Below, piece after piece: positions 1 through 10,500 of a stretch of DNA of 64,000 bases (the first letter of the stretch is position 1; each line of letters starts with the position of its first letter). The notes below the pieces were generated by a model. That model was not told where the DNA came from. It saw nothing but the letters and a program-made list of their open reading frames with translations, and searched no databases. Where the stretch lies: assembly GCA_015233405.1 (NCBI GenBank), contig JADFXT010000007.1, positions 64,390 to 128,389 on the forward strand, in the 5' to 3' direction. A program made the position numbers and the translations under genes. The stretch is from Candidatus Omnitrophota bacterium. GTDB lineage: Bacteria > Omnitrophota > Gorgyraeia > Zapsychrales > Zapsychraceae.

Positions 1-1
1 C

Positions 2-265
2 CGCGGGTATTTTTTTCATGTGATCAAAGAATATCAAGGCAAGGGCGCGGCGCTGTTATCCATCTCGCTTGTTTTTGGCATGCTTCATATGGAACAATAT
101 TGGGGAGACTGGCTTGCCATTGTGATGATTTTTCTTTTAGGATTTATCCTGACGGCCTTGCGTTCCTGGACAAAAACAACCACGGCGAGCGCCGTGGCCC
201 ATTATGTGTATAATACAAGCGTTGTGCTTCTTCCGACACTTCTTTCTTTCCCGCGGAGTTTTTAG
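2..265 (+). CDS. CPBP-family intramembrane protease (CAAX-protease-like), C-terminal fragment; 5' end outside the window
   Basis: The frame is open from the window edge (..RGYFFH precedes the listed GTG). Hydrophobic helices carry 'FGMLH' and 'AHYVYN' motifs resembling CPBP motifs. Confidence 0.5.
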   Translation, partial: RGYFFHVIKEYQGKGAALLSISLVFGMLHMEQYWGDWLAIVMIFLLGFILTALRSWTKTTTASAVAHYVYNTSVVLLPTLLSFPRSF

Positions 266-341
266 CCCTTGACAGTGCTTTAAAAATATATAAAAATACC
301 ACTTCCTTATTTCCTAATAGTTTGTCTATAATATCTATATT

Positions 342-1853
342 ATGAAGAATATATATTTTTATCTCCTTCCGCACAATTCCTTTTTCCCTACTCTCAAGAA
401 AATATTTTTCGTGATTTGTTGCGTGGTGATGGCATTCTCGCCGAGAGTTTACGCGCAAGAGCAAAAAGAAAAGCCTATTATGGAAAGCTTGCAGGAATTA
501 GAAAAGAACGTTACAGTCCTGGAAGCAGAGGTCTTACAGAGAAAAAGGCTGATGCGCTCTGAAAAGATCATCGATGACCTTGATGTCTTAAACATGGACC
601 TGAAGGATGTCTTTAAACTTATTGAGACTAAGACCGGGGTGCATATTATTTGTGATGAGGCGTTTGAAGGCCGGGTCACTCTGTCATTAAAAGAGGTCAA
701 TGCCTTTGATGCCTTAAGGATCATCCTTGAGCCTAAGGGTCTCGCCTATGAACCGGCGTCCTCGCTGGCGGCCTATGTCATGAGCGACGAGAAATATCAG
801 GCAAAGAACGGCTTCTCTTTTAAAGATAAGCTTCAGGTCAGGGTCGTTCCGTTATTTTATGTCAATGCCGATAGCGTGAAAGAATCTTTAAATAAAGTGA
901 AGAGTCCGTCGACAAAAGCGGTCATTGACCCTAAGGCCAATGCCATCGTCCTCATCGATTCGCCGGAATTGTTGGGCTGGATGGAAGAATTCATTCATAA
1001 GATCGATGTTCCCGTCGAGACAAAGACATTCCCGCTTCAGCATAAAGACGCCAGCAGTATCGCCAGCGGCCTTCAGGATTCGTTGACGGAAAATGTGGGG
1101 CGGGTCGTACCCGGAGCGACCGCCAACAGCATCATCGTTACGGACACGCCGGAGAAATTGATTGGGGTCGAAGAGATGATCCGTCGGCTTGATACGGAAG
1201 ACCAGAAAATACAGGTTCAAATCCATGTCCTTCAGGTGCTCTTAAATGATGAACATCAAAACGGCGTGGATTGGGAAGCGATCCTTTCGAATTATCAAAA
1301 GATGCCGGCGAAAGATTCTGCGACGAAAGATGTGAAGATAGACACGCTGCGGTTAGGTGTTATTTCGAGCGAAGATTATCTGGTGCTTTTGGAGGCCTTA
1401 AATACGATAGGGATGACGAGAACGATTTTGGCGGCAGAGAAAGACATTCAGAAAGAAGAGGTGTTGCCGGTCGCTATCAGCCCGGAGGCGACGCTTAATT
1501 TGTCACGGGTCAAGAAAAGCACGGTCGTCAGTAGCCCGAACCAGTTTGAAATATTTTTTACTCCTCTTAATCAAGAAGCGGGAGAATTGACGCTGCGTAT
1601 ACAACCCAAGGCCCGGGCTTCAGAGCACAGCACCGAGGTCAAGGTCCGTGACGGCGCAACAATCGTCGTCGGAAGCATGTTTGCCGATGTCACCATTGAA
1701 TCGATAAAAAAATTTCCTTTCTTAGGAAGCATCCCTTTCTTAGGGGTCGCCTTTCAAAGCCAAAGAAAGGATATTCATAAATCGGAAGTGATTGTTTTTT
1801 TAACCGTGAAATTTCTCCCTGGCACAGAAAAGAGTTTTGCGAATGTTAAATAA
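342..1853 (+). CDS. Secretin-family outer-membrane channel (GspD/PilQ-like), unusually short
   Basis: N-terminal signal-like segment. Repeated secretin N-domain-like units ('VRVVPLFYVNADSVKESL', 'TKTFPLQHKDASSIASGL'). C-terminal 'FPFLGSIPFLGVAF...SEVIVFLTVKF' matches the secretin C-terminal signature. Confidence 0.6.
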   Translation: MKNIYFYLLPHNSFFPTLKKIFFVICCVVMAFSPRVYAQEQKEKPIMESLQELEKNVTVLEAEVLQRKRLMRSEKIIDDLDVLNMDLKDVFKLIETKTGVHIICDEAFEGRVTLSLKEVNAFDALRIILEPKGLAYEPASSLAAYVMSDEKYQAKNGFSFKDKLQVRVVPLFYVNADSVKESLNKVKSPSTKAVIDPKANAIVLIDSPELLGWMEEFIHKIDVPVETKTFPLQHKDASSIASGLQDSLTENVGRVVPGATANSIIVTDTPEKLIGVEEMIRRLDTEDQKIQVQIHVLQVLLNDEHQNGVDWEAILSNYQKMPAKDSATKDVKIDTLRLGVISSEDYLVLLEALNTIGMTRTILAAEKDIQKEEVLPVAISPEATLNLSRVKKSTVVSSPNQFEIFFTPLNQEAGELTLRIQPKARASEHSTEVKVRDGATIVVGSMFADVTIESIKKFPFLGSIPFLGVAFQSQRKDIHKSEVIVFLTVKFLPGTEKSFANVK

Positions 1854-2886
1854 AGAGCGCGTTTTAAAGTGGATAGGAGTGTTGGTCCTCATCATAGGTT
1901 TTTCTGGATGCGCGACGGTCAAGCCAAAGGTGATCGTCCAGAAGAAAGAAGGATTCCTCTTAAAGGATCTGTGCTCGCATTATGGAATTACCTGGGAATG
2001 GGACCATGTGGCGCAGACCATTGATCTAAAAAATAAAGAGAATGATATCCGTCTTCTTGTCGGCAGCAATGTGATGTTCGTCGGGGATCGCAAGGTTCTA
2101 TTAAGCGGACCCGTGCAGATGAAAAATAGCCAAGTCGTCATTCCGCGCGATTTTGTCCAGGATATCATCATTCACGTCGAAGTGCAGAGCAAAGAGGCTT
2201 TCGATTATACTTTAAAGAAGATACGAAAGGTCCTGATCGACGCCGGACATGGCGGCAATGACCCGGGCGCGATTGGCATCCAAGGCACCCAGGAGAAGAA
2301 AATTGTTTTAGGAATCGTCGCGGATTTGAAACGTTTGCTGGAAAAAGAAGGCCTGGAAGTTCAGTTGACCCGCGGTGAGGATAAGTTTTTGACGCTTCAA
2401 GAGCGCACGGAAAAAAGCGCTGGCATGGACGCGGATTTGTTTATCAGTATTCACGCGAATTCTTCTTTAAATCCGAAAGCCCACGGGGTTGAGGTTTATT
2501 CTTTAAAGAATTTGGAAGAGAAAGAAAAGCTGGAGAAACAGCGCAAGGCCAATGAAAAGCTGATGTTTAAACGGTTGTCCATGAAGCAGGCGGAATCCCC
2601 CGCGCAGGATATCCTTTCCGATATGCTTTATAGCTATAAGCAGGCGCAATCGGATTTGTTGGCTTTTGATATTGTCAAAGAGCTCGCGCAATATGTGAAT
2701 ATCCGTCGTAAAGGGATCAAATACGCCCATTTTTATGTGCTACGAAATACTTTGATCCCCGCGGTCCTCGTCGAGGTTGGATTTCTCTCCAATAAAAAAG
2801 AGGAATCGTCTTTAAATAAATCTGTGTATCAACAAAAAATTTCCCAAGGCATAGCGAAAGGAATTTTGGATTATGGAAAGAACTAA
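1837..2886 (+). CDS. N-acetylmuramoyl-L-alanine amidase lipoprotein (Amidase_3, AmiC-like)
   Basis: Lipobox 'GFSGC'. Motifs 'VLIDAGHGGNDPGAIG', 'ADLFISIHANS' and 'VLVEVGFLSN'. Overlaps the secretin stop by 17 nt. Confidence 0.85.
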   Translation: MRMLNKERVLKWIGVLVLIIGFSGCATVKPKVIVQKKEGFLLKDLCSHYGITWEWDHVAQTIDLKNKENDIRLLVGSNVMFVGDRKVLLSGPVQMKNSQVVIPRDFVQDIIIHVEVQSKEAFDYTLKKIRKVLIDAGHGGNDPGAIGIQGTQEKKIVLGIVADLKRLLEKEGLEVQLTRGEDKFLTLQERTEKSAGMDADLFISIHANSSLNPKAHGVEVYSLKNLEEKEKLEKQRKANEKLMFKRLSMKQAESPAQDILSDMLYSYKQAQSDLLAFDIVKELAQYVNIRRKGIKYAHFYVLRNTLIPAVLVEVGFLSNKKEESSLNKSVYQQKISQGIAKGILDYGKN

Positions 2887-3679
2887 ACAAAATGCTCCTA
2901 TTGGTGTTTTTGACTCCGGATTTGGAGGATTAACTGTCGTTAAAGAACTGATGCGGCAACTTCCGGGCGAGGACTTGGTTTATTTCGGCGACACGGCGCG
3001 TGTGCCGTACGGGACGAAATCCAAGGAATCGATCATTCGATTTTCCGTGGAGAATACAGAGGTTTTGCTCAAGCAAAACGTGAAAATGGTTGTGGTGGCG
3101 TGTAATTCTTCGGCGAGCTATGCGCTGGAGGTTTTAAAGAATAAATACGATATTCCGATCATCGGTGTCATTGACCCCGGGGCGAAAAAAGCAACACAGG
3201 TCTCGCGAAATAAACGGATCGGCGTTATTGCGACCTCTGCGACGGTCAACAGTTATTCCTATGACAAGGCGATTAAATATTTCGATTCGTCAGTAAAGAT
3301 CTTTAGCCAGGCGTGTCCGCTATTTGTTCCTTTAGTGGAAGAAGGTTGGGCGCATAAAAGAATCGCTGTAGATCTGGCGGAGGAATATTTAAAAGGCATG
3401 AAGAAATCCGGCGTCGATGCGCTTATTTTAGGTTGTACGCATTATCCGCTTTTAAAGAATGTCTTAAAAAAAGTGATGGGAAAGAAGGTTTATCTGGTCG
3501 ATTCAGCCAAAGAAGTCGCCGGAGAAGTGAAGAACGTTCTTTTAAAGGAAGGGTTAAGCGCCAAACAAGGCCAGGGAAAATACCGCTTCTTGATTAGTGA
3601 CCGGCCGCAACATTTTCAGATCATTGCGCGTAAGTTTTTAGGCAGGCCGATCCAGGTCGAACTCGTCAACGACCGTTGA
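2873..3679 (+). CDS. murI: Glutamate racemase
   Basis: 'IGVFDSGFGGLTV', 'VVACNSSAS' and 'LGCTHYPLL' catalytic Cys motifs. Confidence 0.9.
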   Translation: MERTKQNAPIGVFDSGFGGLTVVKELMRQLPGEDLVYFGDTARVPYGTKSKESIIRFSVENTEVLLKQNVKMVVVACNSSASYALEVLKNKYDIPIIGVIDPGAKKATQVSRNKRIGVIATSATVNSYSYDKAIKYFDSSVKIFSQACPLFVPLVEEGWAHKRIAVDLAEEYLKGMKKSGVDALILGCTHYPLLKNVLKKVMGKKVYLVDSAKEVAGEVKNVLLKEGLSAKQGQGKYRFLISDRPQHFQIIARKFLGRPIQVELVNDR

Positions 3680-3759
3680 GCTAATCCATTTAAGGCGAAA
3701 CTCTGGACCTGTTTTATCATGATGCTAAACAGGGCCACGGGTTAGAAAGGACAATCATT

Positions 3760-4122
3760 ATGTATGAACTCGTCATTAAAGATCATATCGCCGCCGCACA
3801 TTTTTTGCGTGAATACAAAGGCAAATGTGAATCGCTTCATGGTCATACGTATCATGTGGAAGTTGTGATTGCCGCCCAGATCTTGAATAATTTAGGGATG
3901 GTTGCGGATTTTACGGAACTAAAAAAGAAGTTAAATGAATTTCTTTCCGGATTGGATCACGTGTGTTTAAACGAGCTGGAGTTTTTTAAAGCCAACAATC
4001 CGACGACGGAGAATTTGGCCCGATATATTTATGATGAGTACGCAAAGATTATCTCGCCGCTAAAGGTCAGTCGGGTCAGGGTTTGGGAATCGGATTCTTC
4101 CAGTGTAATTTATTATAAATGA
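3760..4122 (+). CDS. queD: 6-carboxy-5,6,7,8-tetrahydropterin synthase
   Basis: 120 aa. 'AAHFL..Y.GKCESLHGHTYHVEV' matches the QueD/PTPS His/Cys motif. Sits in a que gene context. Confidence 0.85.
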   Translation: MYELVIKDHIAAAHFLREYKGKCESLHGHTYHVEVVIAAQILNNLGMVADFTELKKKLNEFLSGLDHVCLNELEFFKANNPTTENLARYIYDEYAKIISPLKVSRVRVWESDSSSVIYYK

Positions 4123-4143
4123 TAGTTGCCCCAAGTATGCCGC

Positions 4144-4229
4144 TGTCATTCCCGCGTAGGCGGGAATCCAGAAAGATTGCTTTATCGCTGAACCCTGGAT
4201 CCCCGCCTAAAAATTGCGGGGATGACAAA
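4144..4229. repeat. Palindromic dispersed repeat, locus 1 (two inverted half-elements)
   Basis: 'TGTCATTCCCGCGTAGGCGGGAATCCAG' (4144-4171) and inverted 'CTGGATCCCCGCCTAAAAATTGCGGGGATGACAAA' (4195-4229), between queD and queC. Confidence 0.85.
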
Positions 4230-4270
4230 CAAAACGGGGTTGGAATGATAAACATAATTACCCATAATCT

Positions 4271-4936
4271 ATGAAAAAAGCAATTTGTTTATTATCCGGC
4301 GGGCTCGATTCCGCCACAACGCTCTATTATGCGAAGCATCAAGGCTATCAGGTCTCTTGCTTGATCTTTGATTACGGCCAACGGCATAATAAAGAAATTT
4401 TGTGCGCGAAGAAAATTGCCCGGCATGCCGGGTGCGATTATAAAGTTGTTCGTATCGCGCTTTCCTGGCAGGGGTCATCATTATTAGATAAGACCATGGC
4501 CATTCCGCAGCATCAGAAAATAAATCCTCATGAAATCCCGACGACATATGTGCCGGCGCGTAATATTATTTTCTTGAGTTTTGCCGCGTCCTACGCGGAG
4601 GCCGTTGGCGCGCAAAATATTTTTATCGGAGCGAATGCCATTGATTATTCGGGATATCCGGATTGCCGCCCGGAATTTTTTAAGGCCTATCAAAAGACCC
4701 TTGAACGCGGGCTTAAGACCGGCGTGGGTGGGCAACCGATTAAGATTTCTACGCCTTTGATTCAAAAAACCAAGGCCCAGATCATTCGTTTGGGATTAAA
4801 ATTAAAGGTGCCGTATGATTTGACGTGGTCGTGCTATCAAGGCGAGAAAATACCTTGTGGAACTTGTGACAGTTGCCGGTTAAGGCAAAAGGGTTTTGAG
4901 GACGTCGGCGCTAAGGACCCGGCATTAAAAATATGA
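4271..4936 (+). CDS. queC: 7-cyano-7-deazaguanine synthase
   Basis: 'LLSGGLDSAT' PP-loop and a C-terminal 'CGTCDSCRLR' zinc motif. Confidence 0.9.
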   Translation: MKKAICLLSGGLDSATTLYYAKHQGYQVSCLIFDYGQRHNKEILCAKKIARHAGCDYKVVRIALSWQGSSLLDKTMAIPQHQKINPHEIPTTYVPARNIIFLSFAASYAEAVGAQNIFIGANAIDYSGYPDCRPEFFKAYQKTLERGLKTGVGGQPIKISTPLIQKTKAQIIRLGLKLKVPYDLTWSCYQGEKIPCGTCDSCRLRQKGFEDVGAKDPALKI

Positions 4937-5613
4937 ATACGGCCAAGATAACGGAAATTTTTACCTCCATTCAAGGCGAAGGCCCGTACGTCGGCGTTAA
5001 GCAGGTCTTTGTCCGCTTTGCCGGATGCCATATTGATTGCGCTTGGTGCGACACGCCGTTTAAGAATGATCCAGGTAAAGAATATAGTGCAGAACAATTG
5101 CAGCAAGAGATCGCGTCGTTAAATTGTGTGGGTTGCCATTCGCTCAGTTTAACGGGCGGGGAGCCGCTTTTACAAAAAGATTTTTTAAAGGAGATCCTCC
5201 CCGTCATCAAACGGATGAAGTTTAAAGTTTATCTGGAGACGAACGGCATTTTATACGAGGAGCTCACAAAACTGATCAGCGGCATTGATATTATTGCTAT
5301 GGATTTTAAGCTGCCTAGCTCGGCGAAGGCGGGCGTTTTCTGGAAAGAGCACGAGGAATTTTTAAAAATAGCCCATCGTAAAGAAGTCTTTGTTAAGGCG
5401 GTCATTTCGCGGGATACCGAGGAAGAGGACATCCGGAAAACCGTTAAAATTATGGCATCCGTCGACCCGTCGATTTTATTGGTCCTTCAGCCGAACGCTT
5501 TAGACGGGAAGGTGGTCGTCAGAAAATGCATCCAATATCAAAAGGCCTGTTTAAAGAAACTTTCAGATGTCAGAATCATCCCGCAGATGCATAAAGTTTT
5601 GGGGATAAGATGA
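4933..5613 (+). CDS. queE: 7-carboxy-7-deazaguanine synthase (radical SAM)
   Basis: 'IFTSIQGEG', 'GCHIDCAWCDT' radical-SAM cluster motif. 4-nt overlap with queC. Confidence 0.85.
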   Translation: MNTAKITEIFTSIQGEGPYVGVKQVFVRFAGCHIDCAWCDTPFKNDPGKEYSAEQLQQEIASLNCVGCHSLSLTGGEPLLQKDFLKEILPVIKRMKFKVYLETNGILYEELTKLISGIDIIAMDFKLPSSAKAGVFWKEHEEFLKIAHRKEVFVKAVISRDTEEEDIRKTVKIMASVDPSILLVLQPNALDGKVVVRKCIQYQKACLKKLSDVRIIPQMHKVLGIR

Positions 5614-5633
5614 TAAGATTTTTAATTTGAGTG

Positions 5634-5662
5634 CTGGATCCCCGCGGAGGCGGGAATCCACG
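5634..5662. repeat. Palindromic dispersed repeat, locus 2 (single hairpin)
   Basis: 'CTGGATCCCCGCGGAGGCGGGAATCCACG' between queE and queF. Confidence 0.8.
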
Positions 5663-5693
5663 AAAAATTAATTAAACAAAAGGAGTTGTTATT

Positions 5694-6104
5694 ATGTCGA
5701 CGAGAAAATCATCCTATGAGGACCTGCAAAGCCATATCCGCCGTTTGCAGCTTCCCGCGATTGAAGTCTGGACGAATCAGTATGCGGACAGAAAATACAT
5801 GGTTGCCTTAAATACCGACGAGTGTACCTGCATTTGCCCGAAGACCGGCCTGCCGGATTTCGTGACGCTTAATATCACCTACGGTCCGGACAAGACATGC
5901 GTCGAGTTAAAATCGTTTAAGATGTATCTTGTCTCTTACCGGAATATCGGCATCTTTCACGAACATCTGGTCAACCGCATCCTCGATGATATCGTCAAGG
6001 CTTGTAAGCCCCACTGGGTACGCGTTGAAGGCATTGTTGCCCCGCGCGGCGGGATTGAAACCACGGTGGTGGCGGAATATCAGCGAAAGAAAGGAACGCG
6101 ATGA
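5694..6104 (+). CDS. queF: NADPH-dependent 7-cyano-7-deazaguanine (preQ0) reductase, unimodular type
   Basis: 'CPKTGLPDF' and '[20 protein letters not shown]' QueF motifs. Confidence 0.85.
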   Translation: MSTRKSSYEDLQSHIRRLQLPAIEVWTNQYADRKYMVALNTDECTCICPKTGLPDFVTLNITYGPDKTCVELKSFKMYLVSYRNIGIFHEHLVNRILDDIVKACKPHWVRVEGIVAPRGGIETTVVAEYQRKKGTR

Positions 6105-6820
6105 TGACACGCACCGACGGACGAAAGACGAACGAACTGCGCAAAATAAAGGTCGTCAAAAATTATATCAAGCATCCCGCAGGTTCTTGCCTCATTGAGG
6201 CCGGCGAGACGCGGGTCATTTGCACGGCGACGGTCGAAGAAAGCGTGCCGCCATTTTTAAAAGGGACAGGCAAAGGCTGGGTCACGGCGGAATATGGCAT
6301 GCTGCCGGGCTCTTGCACGAACCGTATTAAACGTAACGACGTCTCCGGACGCGTCCAGGAGATCCAGCGGCTCGTGGGCCGGTCGCTTCGTGCCGTCGTG
6401 GACATGGCGAATATCGGCGAGCGCACTATTAAAATTGACTGTGATGTGATCCAAGCCGACGGCGGGACGAGGACAGCCTCGATTACCGGAGGCTTTATCG
6501 CACTTATCTTGGCTTTAGAAAAGATGAAAAAGGAAGGCCACATTAAGAAAATCCCGGTCAGCGATTATGTGACCGCGGTCAGTGTTGGTATTGTCGACGG
6601 CGAACTTTTATTGGATTTAAAATACGACGAAGATTCCAAGGCCCAGATGGATATGAACGTGGTCATGGTCGGTCAGGGAGAATTTGTCGAGGTGCAAGGC
6701 ACGGCGGAAGGAAAGCCTTTCTCGAAGAAACAGATGGACGGGCTTCTAAAACTTGCGGAAAAAGGAATTGGGGAATTATTAAAGATACAAAAACAAACAC
6801 TGAAAGGGATAGAAATATAG
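6101..6820 (+). CDS. rph: Ribonuclease PH
   Basis: '[11 protein letters not shown]', 'VTAEYGMLP' and '[18 protein letters not shown]'. Confidence 0.9.
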   Translation: MMTRTDGRKTNELRKIKVVKNYIKHPAGSCLIEAGETRVICTATVEESVPPFLKGTGKGWVTAEYGMLPGSCTNRIKRNDVSGRVQEIQRLVGRSLRAVVDMANIGERTIKIDCDVIQADGGTRTASITGGFIALILALEKMKKEGHIKKIPVSDYVTAVSVGIVDGELLLDLKYDEDSKAQMDMNVVMVGQGEFVEVQGTAEGKPFSKKQMDGLLKLAEKGIGELLKIQKQTLKGIEI

Positions 6821-6862
6821 ATTTGTATTTTTTCGAAATTTAGGGTAACAAAACAACCTGTT

Positions 6863-6941
6863 TGTCATCCCCGAATGCATCTGTCGGGGATCTAGAAGGT
6901 TTGAAAACATGGATTCCCGACAGAAAATTTCGGGAATGACA
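6863..6941. repeat. Palindromic dispersed repeat, locus 3
   Basis: 'TGTCATCCCCGAATGCATCTGTCGGGGATCTAG' plus inverted 'GGATTCCCGACAGAAAATTTCGGGAATGACA'. Confidence 0.8.
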
Positions 6942-6993
6942 GCCAAGAGTCCAAATTTCTACGGAAATGACATAATGTGAGGAAATTACGGAT

Positions 6994-7584
6994 ATGAAAG
7001 AAATTGTTGTCGCGACAAAGAATGAAGGCAAGCTGAGGGAAATCAAAAATCTCCTCGAGGATCTGGGTTTTAAAGTCACGAGCTTAAAAGATTATCCGCA
7101 TGCCCCGGAAATCGTTGAAGATGGAAAAACTTTTGCGCAAAATGCTATAAAAAAGGCCGTCACGATCGCCTTTTATACGAAGAAGCTTGTGATGGGAGAA
7201 GATTCCGGTATTGAAATCAAGGCGCTTAATAATCGCCCCGGAATTTATTCCGCACGTTATTCCGGCGCAGATGCTACCGATGAAAAGAACAACAGGAAAT
7301 TGTTGCGGGAGCTTAAAGGTGTGCCGCTTACTCGTCGCCAGGCCCGTTACCGCTGTTTTATCGCCCTGGTTGACCCTAACGGATTTTTAAAAGTCGTTTG
7401 TGGAAGTTGCCCCGGGCTTATCGCCACGCGCCCGTCGGGGAAGAATGGATTTGGTTATGATCCCTTATTTATTATTCCGCGTTACAAAAAAACCTTCGGC
7501 GAGATTGACCCTGCCATTAAAGCCAAGATCAGCCATCGGGCCAAGGCTTTAGAAAAAGTTAAAAAAGTCCTTCAAGAATATTGA
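6994..7584 (+). CDS. rdgB: dITP/XTP pyrophosphatase (RdgB/HAM1 family)
   Basis: 'IVVATKNEGKLREI', 'EDSGIEI..LNNRPGIYSARY' and 'GFGYDPLF'. Confidence 0.85.
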   Translation: MKEIVVATKNEGKLREIKNLLEDLGFKVTSLKDYPHAPEIVEDGKTFAQNAIKKAVTIAFYTKKLVMGEDSGIEIKALNNRPGIYSARYSGADATDEKNNRKLLRELKGVPLTRRQARYRCFIALVDPNGFLKVVCGSCPGLIATRPSGKNGFGYDPLFIIPRYKKTFGEIDPAIKAKISHRAKALEKVKKVLQEY

Positions 7585-10500
7585 TCCCGCTTTTAATCAC
7601 ATCCTTAACCGCCCCGGTTGTGTTCTCGAGGATCTTAACCGGCAAGGGCTGCACTTTGTAGCTCATTTTATCCAGCGTGCCTGTCACTTTGACGACAAAG
7701 CTTTGTTCGATGAGGGTTCGCGTGTCAATGTTGACTAAGGGCGCTTCGACCGCCGGGACCTGGGCATAGCGTGGCGTAATATCAAAATTAACGTTCTTTG
7801 CAAAATCCACCCAACCTTTGGCCTTAAGGTCAATGGCATTGCTTTTAATGACGGCATTCTCCGTCGTGAATTTTGCATTGCTAATGACAAAGTCGGCGTG
7901 AGCGGCGTTAAAGATGGTGTTTCTCAGCTGAGGAATGATCTGCCCAAAATTCCCGTCGCTAATATCCATGCTGGCCGTGCCTTTGATCTTACGTTGTTCA
8001 AGGAGAGGCCCATTAGCGTCCAGATTAAACGCAAAAATCCCGGCGAGCGATGGGACCGGCGTTTTGATCTTTTTTTGCAGGACCGCCAGGTCTAATTTCT
8101 GAACCGCCGCAGATAGTTTCATGGGCAGATTATCTTCTGTTAAATCGACCGATGAGGTAATGTTAAGTGTCCCGTCGTAAATGGTCGATGCAATATTGAA
8201 ATTGCTGATATTCTGGTCTCTTTCTACCAAATTAATCGTGAAGTCGTGGAAGGTATGGCCCAAAAGAGAAACCTCGGGGGAGGTTCCTTTAAATGTCAGA
8301 TTCCAATTGCGCCAGTCTTTGGGTTTTCCCTGAAACAAAAAATCATTGAGCGTGATGGTCCCGAGCGGTTTGAATTCATAAATCTGTTTTCTAAACGGCT
8401 CGGGGAGGATGGCTCGTAAGTCCATCAGATTCACGGCGAGCGTTCCTCTGAGGTCAAGATCAGGTTCACTATTATCGAAAAGATGGACGTCTCCCATGAT
8501 ATCAAAAGTCGAATTTAAATAGCTCCCTTTGAGCTTACAGATCTGGAACGCTTTGTGTAAAATATTGATTTGGGTTGAAACGCGAAGGTCCGTTGATGCG
8601 ATTGTGGATATGACAACAGGGCGGGAGAAATTGGCTATTTGCCCGGTGAATGTGTAGTGTTTTCCTAGGAATTCACCTTGAAGGTTTTTCCAGATCAAAA
8701 GATTATTGGTGTATTCAAGCTGCCCGGAAACATTGGAAATTCTCGACGGAAGTTTGGGGGAGTTGATGGCCACATGATTGATCTGGGAAAGGACATGGGT
8801 TTCTGCGTGCCCAGATGTTTTGGCCAGGCCTTTAAAATGCGCTTTCACTGTCGCGATGCCTTGCACATCGCATCCGATTTTTTTGGTATATTCAGGAAAA
8901 ATCTTGCTGACTTCTTCAAGCGCGATTGCGCTGGTTTTAAGCGTCATATCCACAAATGGATCATTGAAATTTTCTACGGACCCAAAGGACTCGACGGAAA
9001 TATTATGCGTGTTAAACGTCAGCCGTTTGGTCTCGATATGGTTATTATCAAAAATGAAATCTCCGTTTATTGCGTTGATGGCCGCAATCTTAGGTAAACC
9101 GCTGGCGCTGGCATTGACCAAAGAGATGGTCCCGGAATATTGAGCCTTGCCCGACGCGTCAGATTGATAGACAAGGTTCAGTTGAGGGTTACCTTCAAAT
9201 TTTTGTTTTCCGGTGACCAATAAGGCATTATGGATGGCCGTGTTGGTCCGTAGGGTCATGGCGCCTAGCCCTAAAGCCAGAGTTGTGTTCGACGAGGAAA
9301 TGTCTCCTTGAAAAGTTGAATCCTTGTTGAGCGCTATGACCGTGTTCTTGAGTTCAAAGTCAGTTTGTAAATCGAGCTTATTGTTTTTAAAGGAAGCGTT
9401 GGTGTTGACGGTCGAAAGATTTCCTTTGAGCCCTTGGGTTTCATTGAGCTTTAATAAGGCATTGTCGATTCTCAAATTTCCGGATAATTGAACATCCTGG
9501 TTTTGCGCAAGGAGCGTAATGTTGTTTGCCGTGATGTTTCCTTGAAGTTTCTGACCAGCCGATGTGTCTATGAGCGCATGGGCAAGCGCTAGGTTGACTT
9601 GGAGCGAAATAGTTTTTGTGGCGTCGGATATTTTCAAGGATTGGATCTGGGCGGAAAGTTCTCCTGAGGCATTGGTGTTGGCGTTTAAAATAACAGAAAC
9701 AGGCTTTGCCAGAATATCCGCCCGGGCATTGAGATTTTTATTTTTTAAGACAAAGACGAGGTTAGAAATGCTGACGGGGCCGTTAATGATGATATCTTTG
9801 CGCAGCTGTATCCGCGAAGACGTTTGGGACTGGCTATTTTCTAAAGAGAAATTTCCTTTCACAAGAAGGTTATTTTTAGCGGAAATCAGCTCTTGAATAT
9901 CTAGCATAAGGTTGCCTTGCAGATTTGTCTCGTCGGAAATCGAGATATCAGCCGCATCGGCAAGAACTAAACCTTTGGCGTCAATTCTTCCGTGGTCGAT
10001 ATTTAAGAACAACGGGTCGGCTTTTATATTCCCTTTGAGTTTTTGATGGTCGCTGATTTGAAGATCGGTCTCGTTTGAAGATAAATTTCCCTGTAGCCTT
10101 AGGCGGTTTCTTTTAAGGGCAAGGTTAATTCCTGAAGAGGAAAGGATCCCGCTTTTAAAATTCATCGGAAGATGGATGTCTGCCAATGAGAGATATTCGA
10201 CCAAGGTAATGTTGTGAAACGCAGAGAGGGCCGTTAAGGATTTCTGTAAAAGATCATAAATGCCTTTGGACTCGAACGAGGCTTGCTGCGACGGGATATT
10301 GACTTTGAACGTATAACTGATCTTGTCCAAAATAGAAAGGACCGCTAAAAGGTCAATATTCTCGAATGATTCTTGCCAAACAGTTTCTTTGGTTTCATCT
10401 GTGAGCTGAATTTTTCCGTTTTGTATGGAAATTTTTCTGACCAGAACACTAAAAGGGCTTCGAGTTTTAGGCGACGATTTTTGATTGGATTTCTCGAGAA

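Noticed and set aside
3680-3759. A possible preQ1 riboswitch in front of queD.
   Set aside because: A hairpin (CCTGTTT..AAACAGG) is present, but I could not match the preQ1-I, -II or -III consensus (no conserved loop or A-rich tail arrangement). An Rfam scan is needed.
5929-6198. An 89-aa plus-strand ORF overlapping the queF/rph junction.
   Set aside because: It is an alternative frame of two strongly supported genes, with a low-complexity Arg/Ser-rich product and no RBS.
7559-7584. A 26-nt convergent overlap of the rdgB and AsmA-like gene 3' ends as a possible regulatory feature.
   Set aside because: Short convergent overlaps are common in compact genomes. No hairpin or conserved element is visible there.
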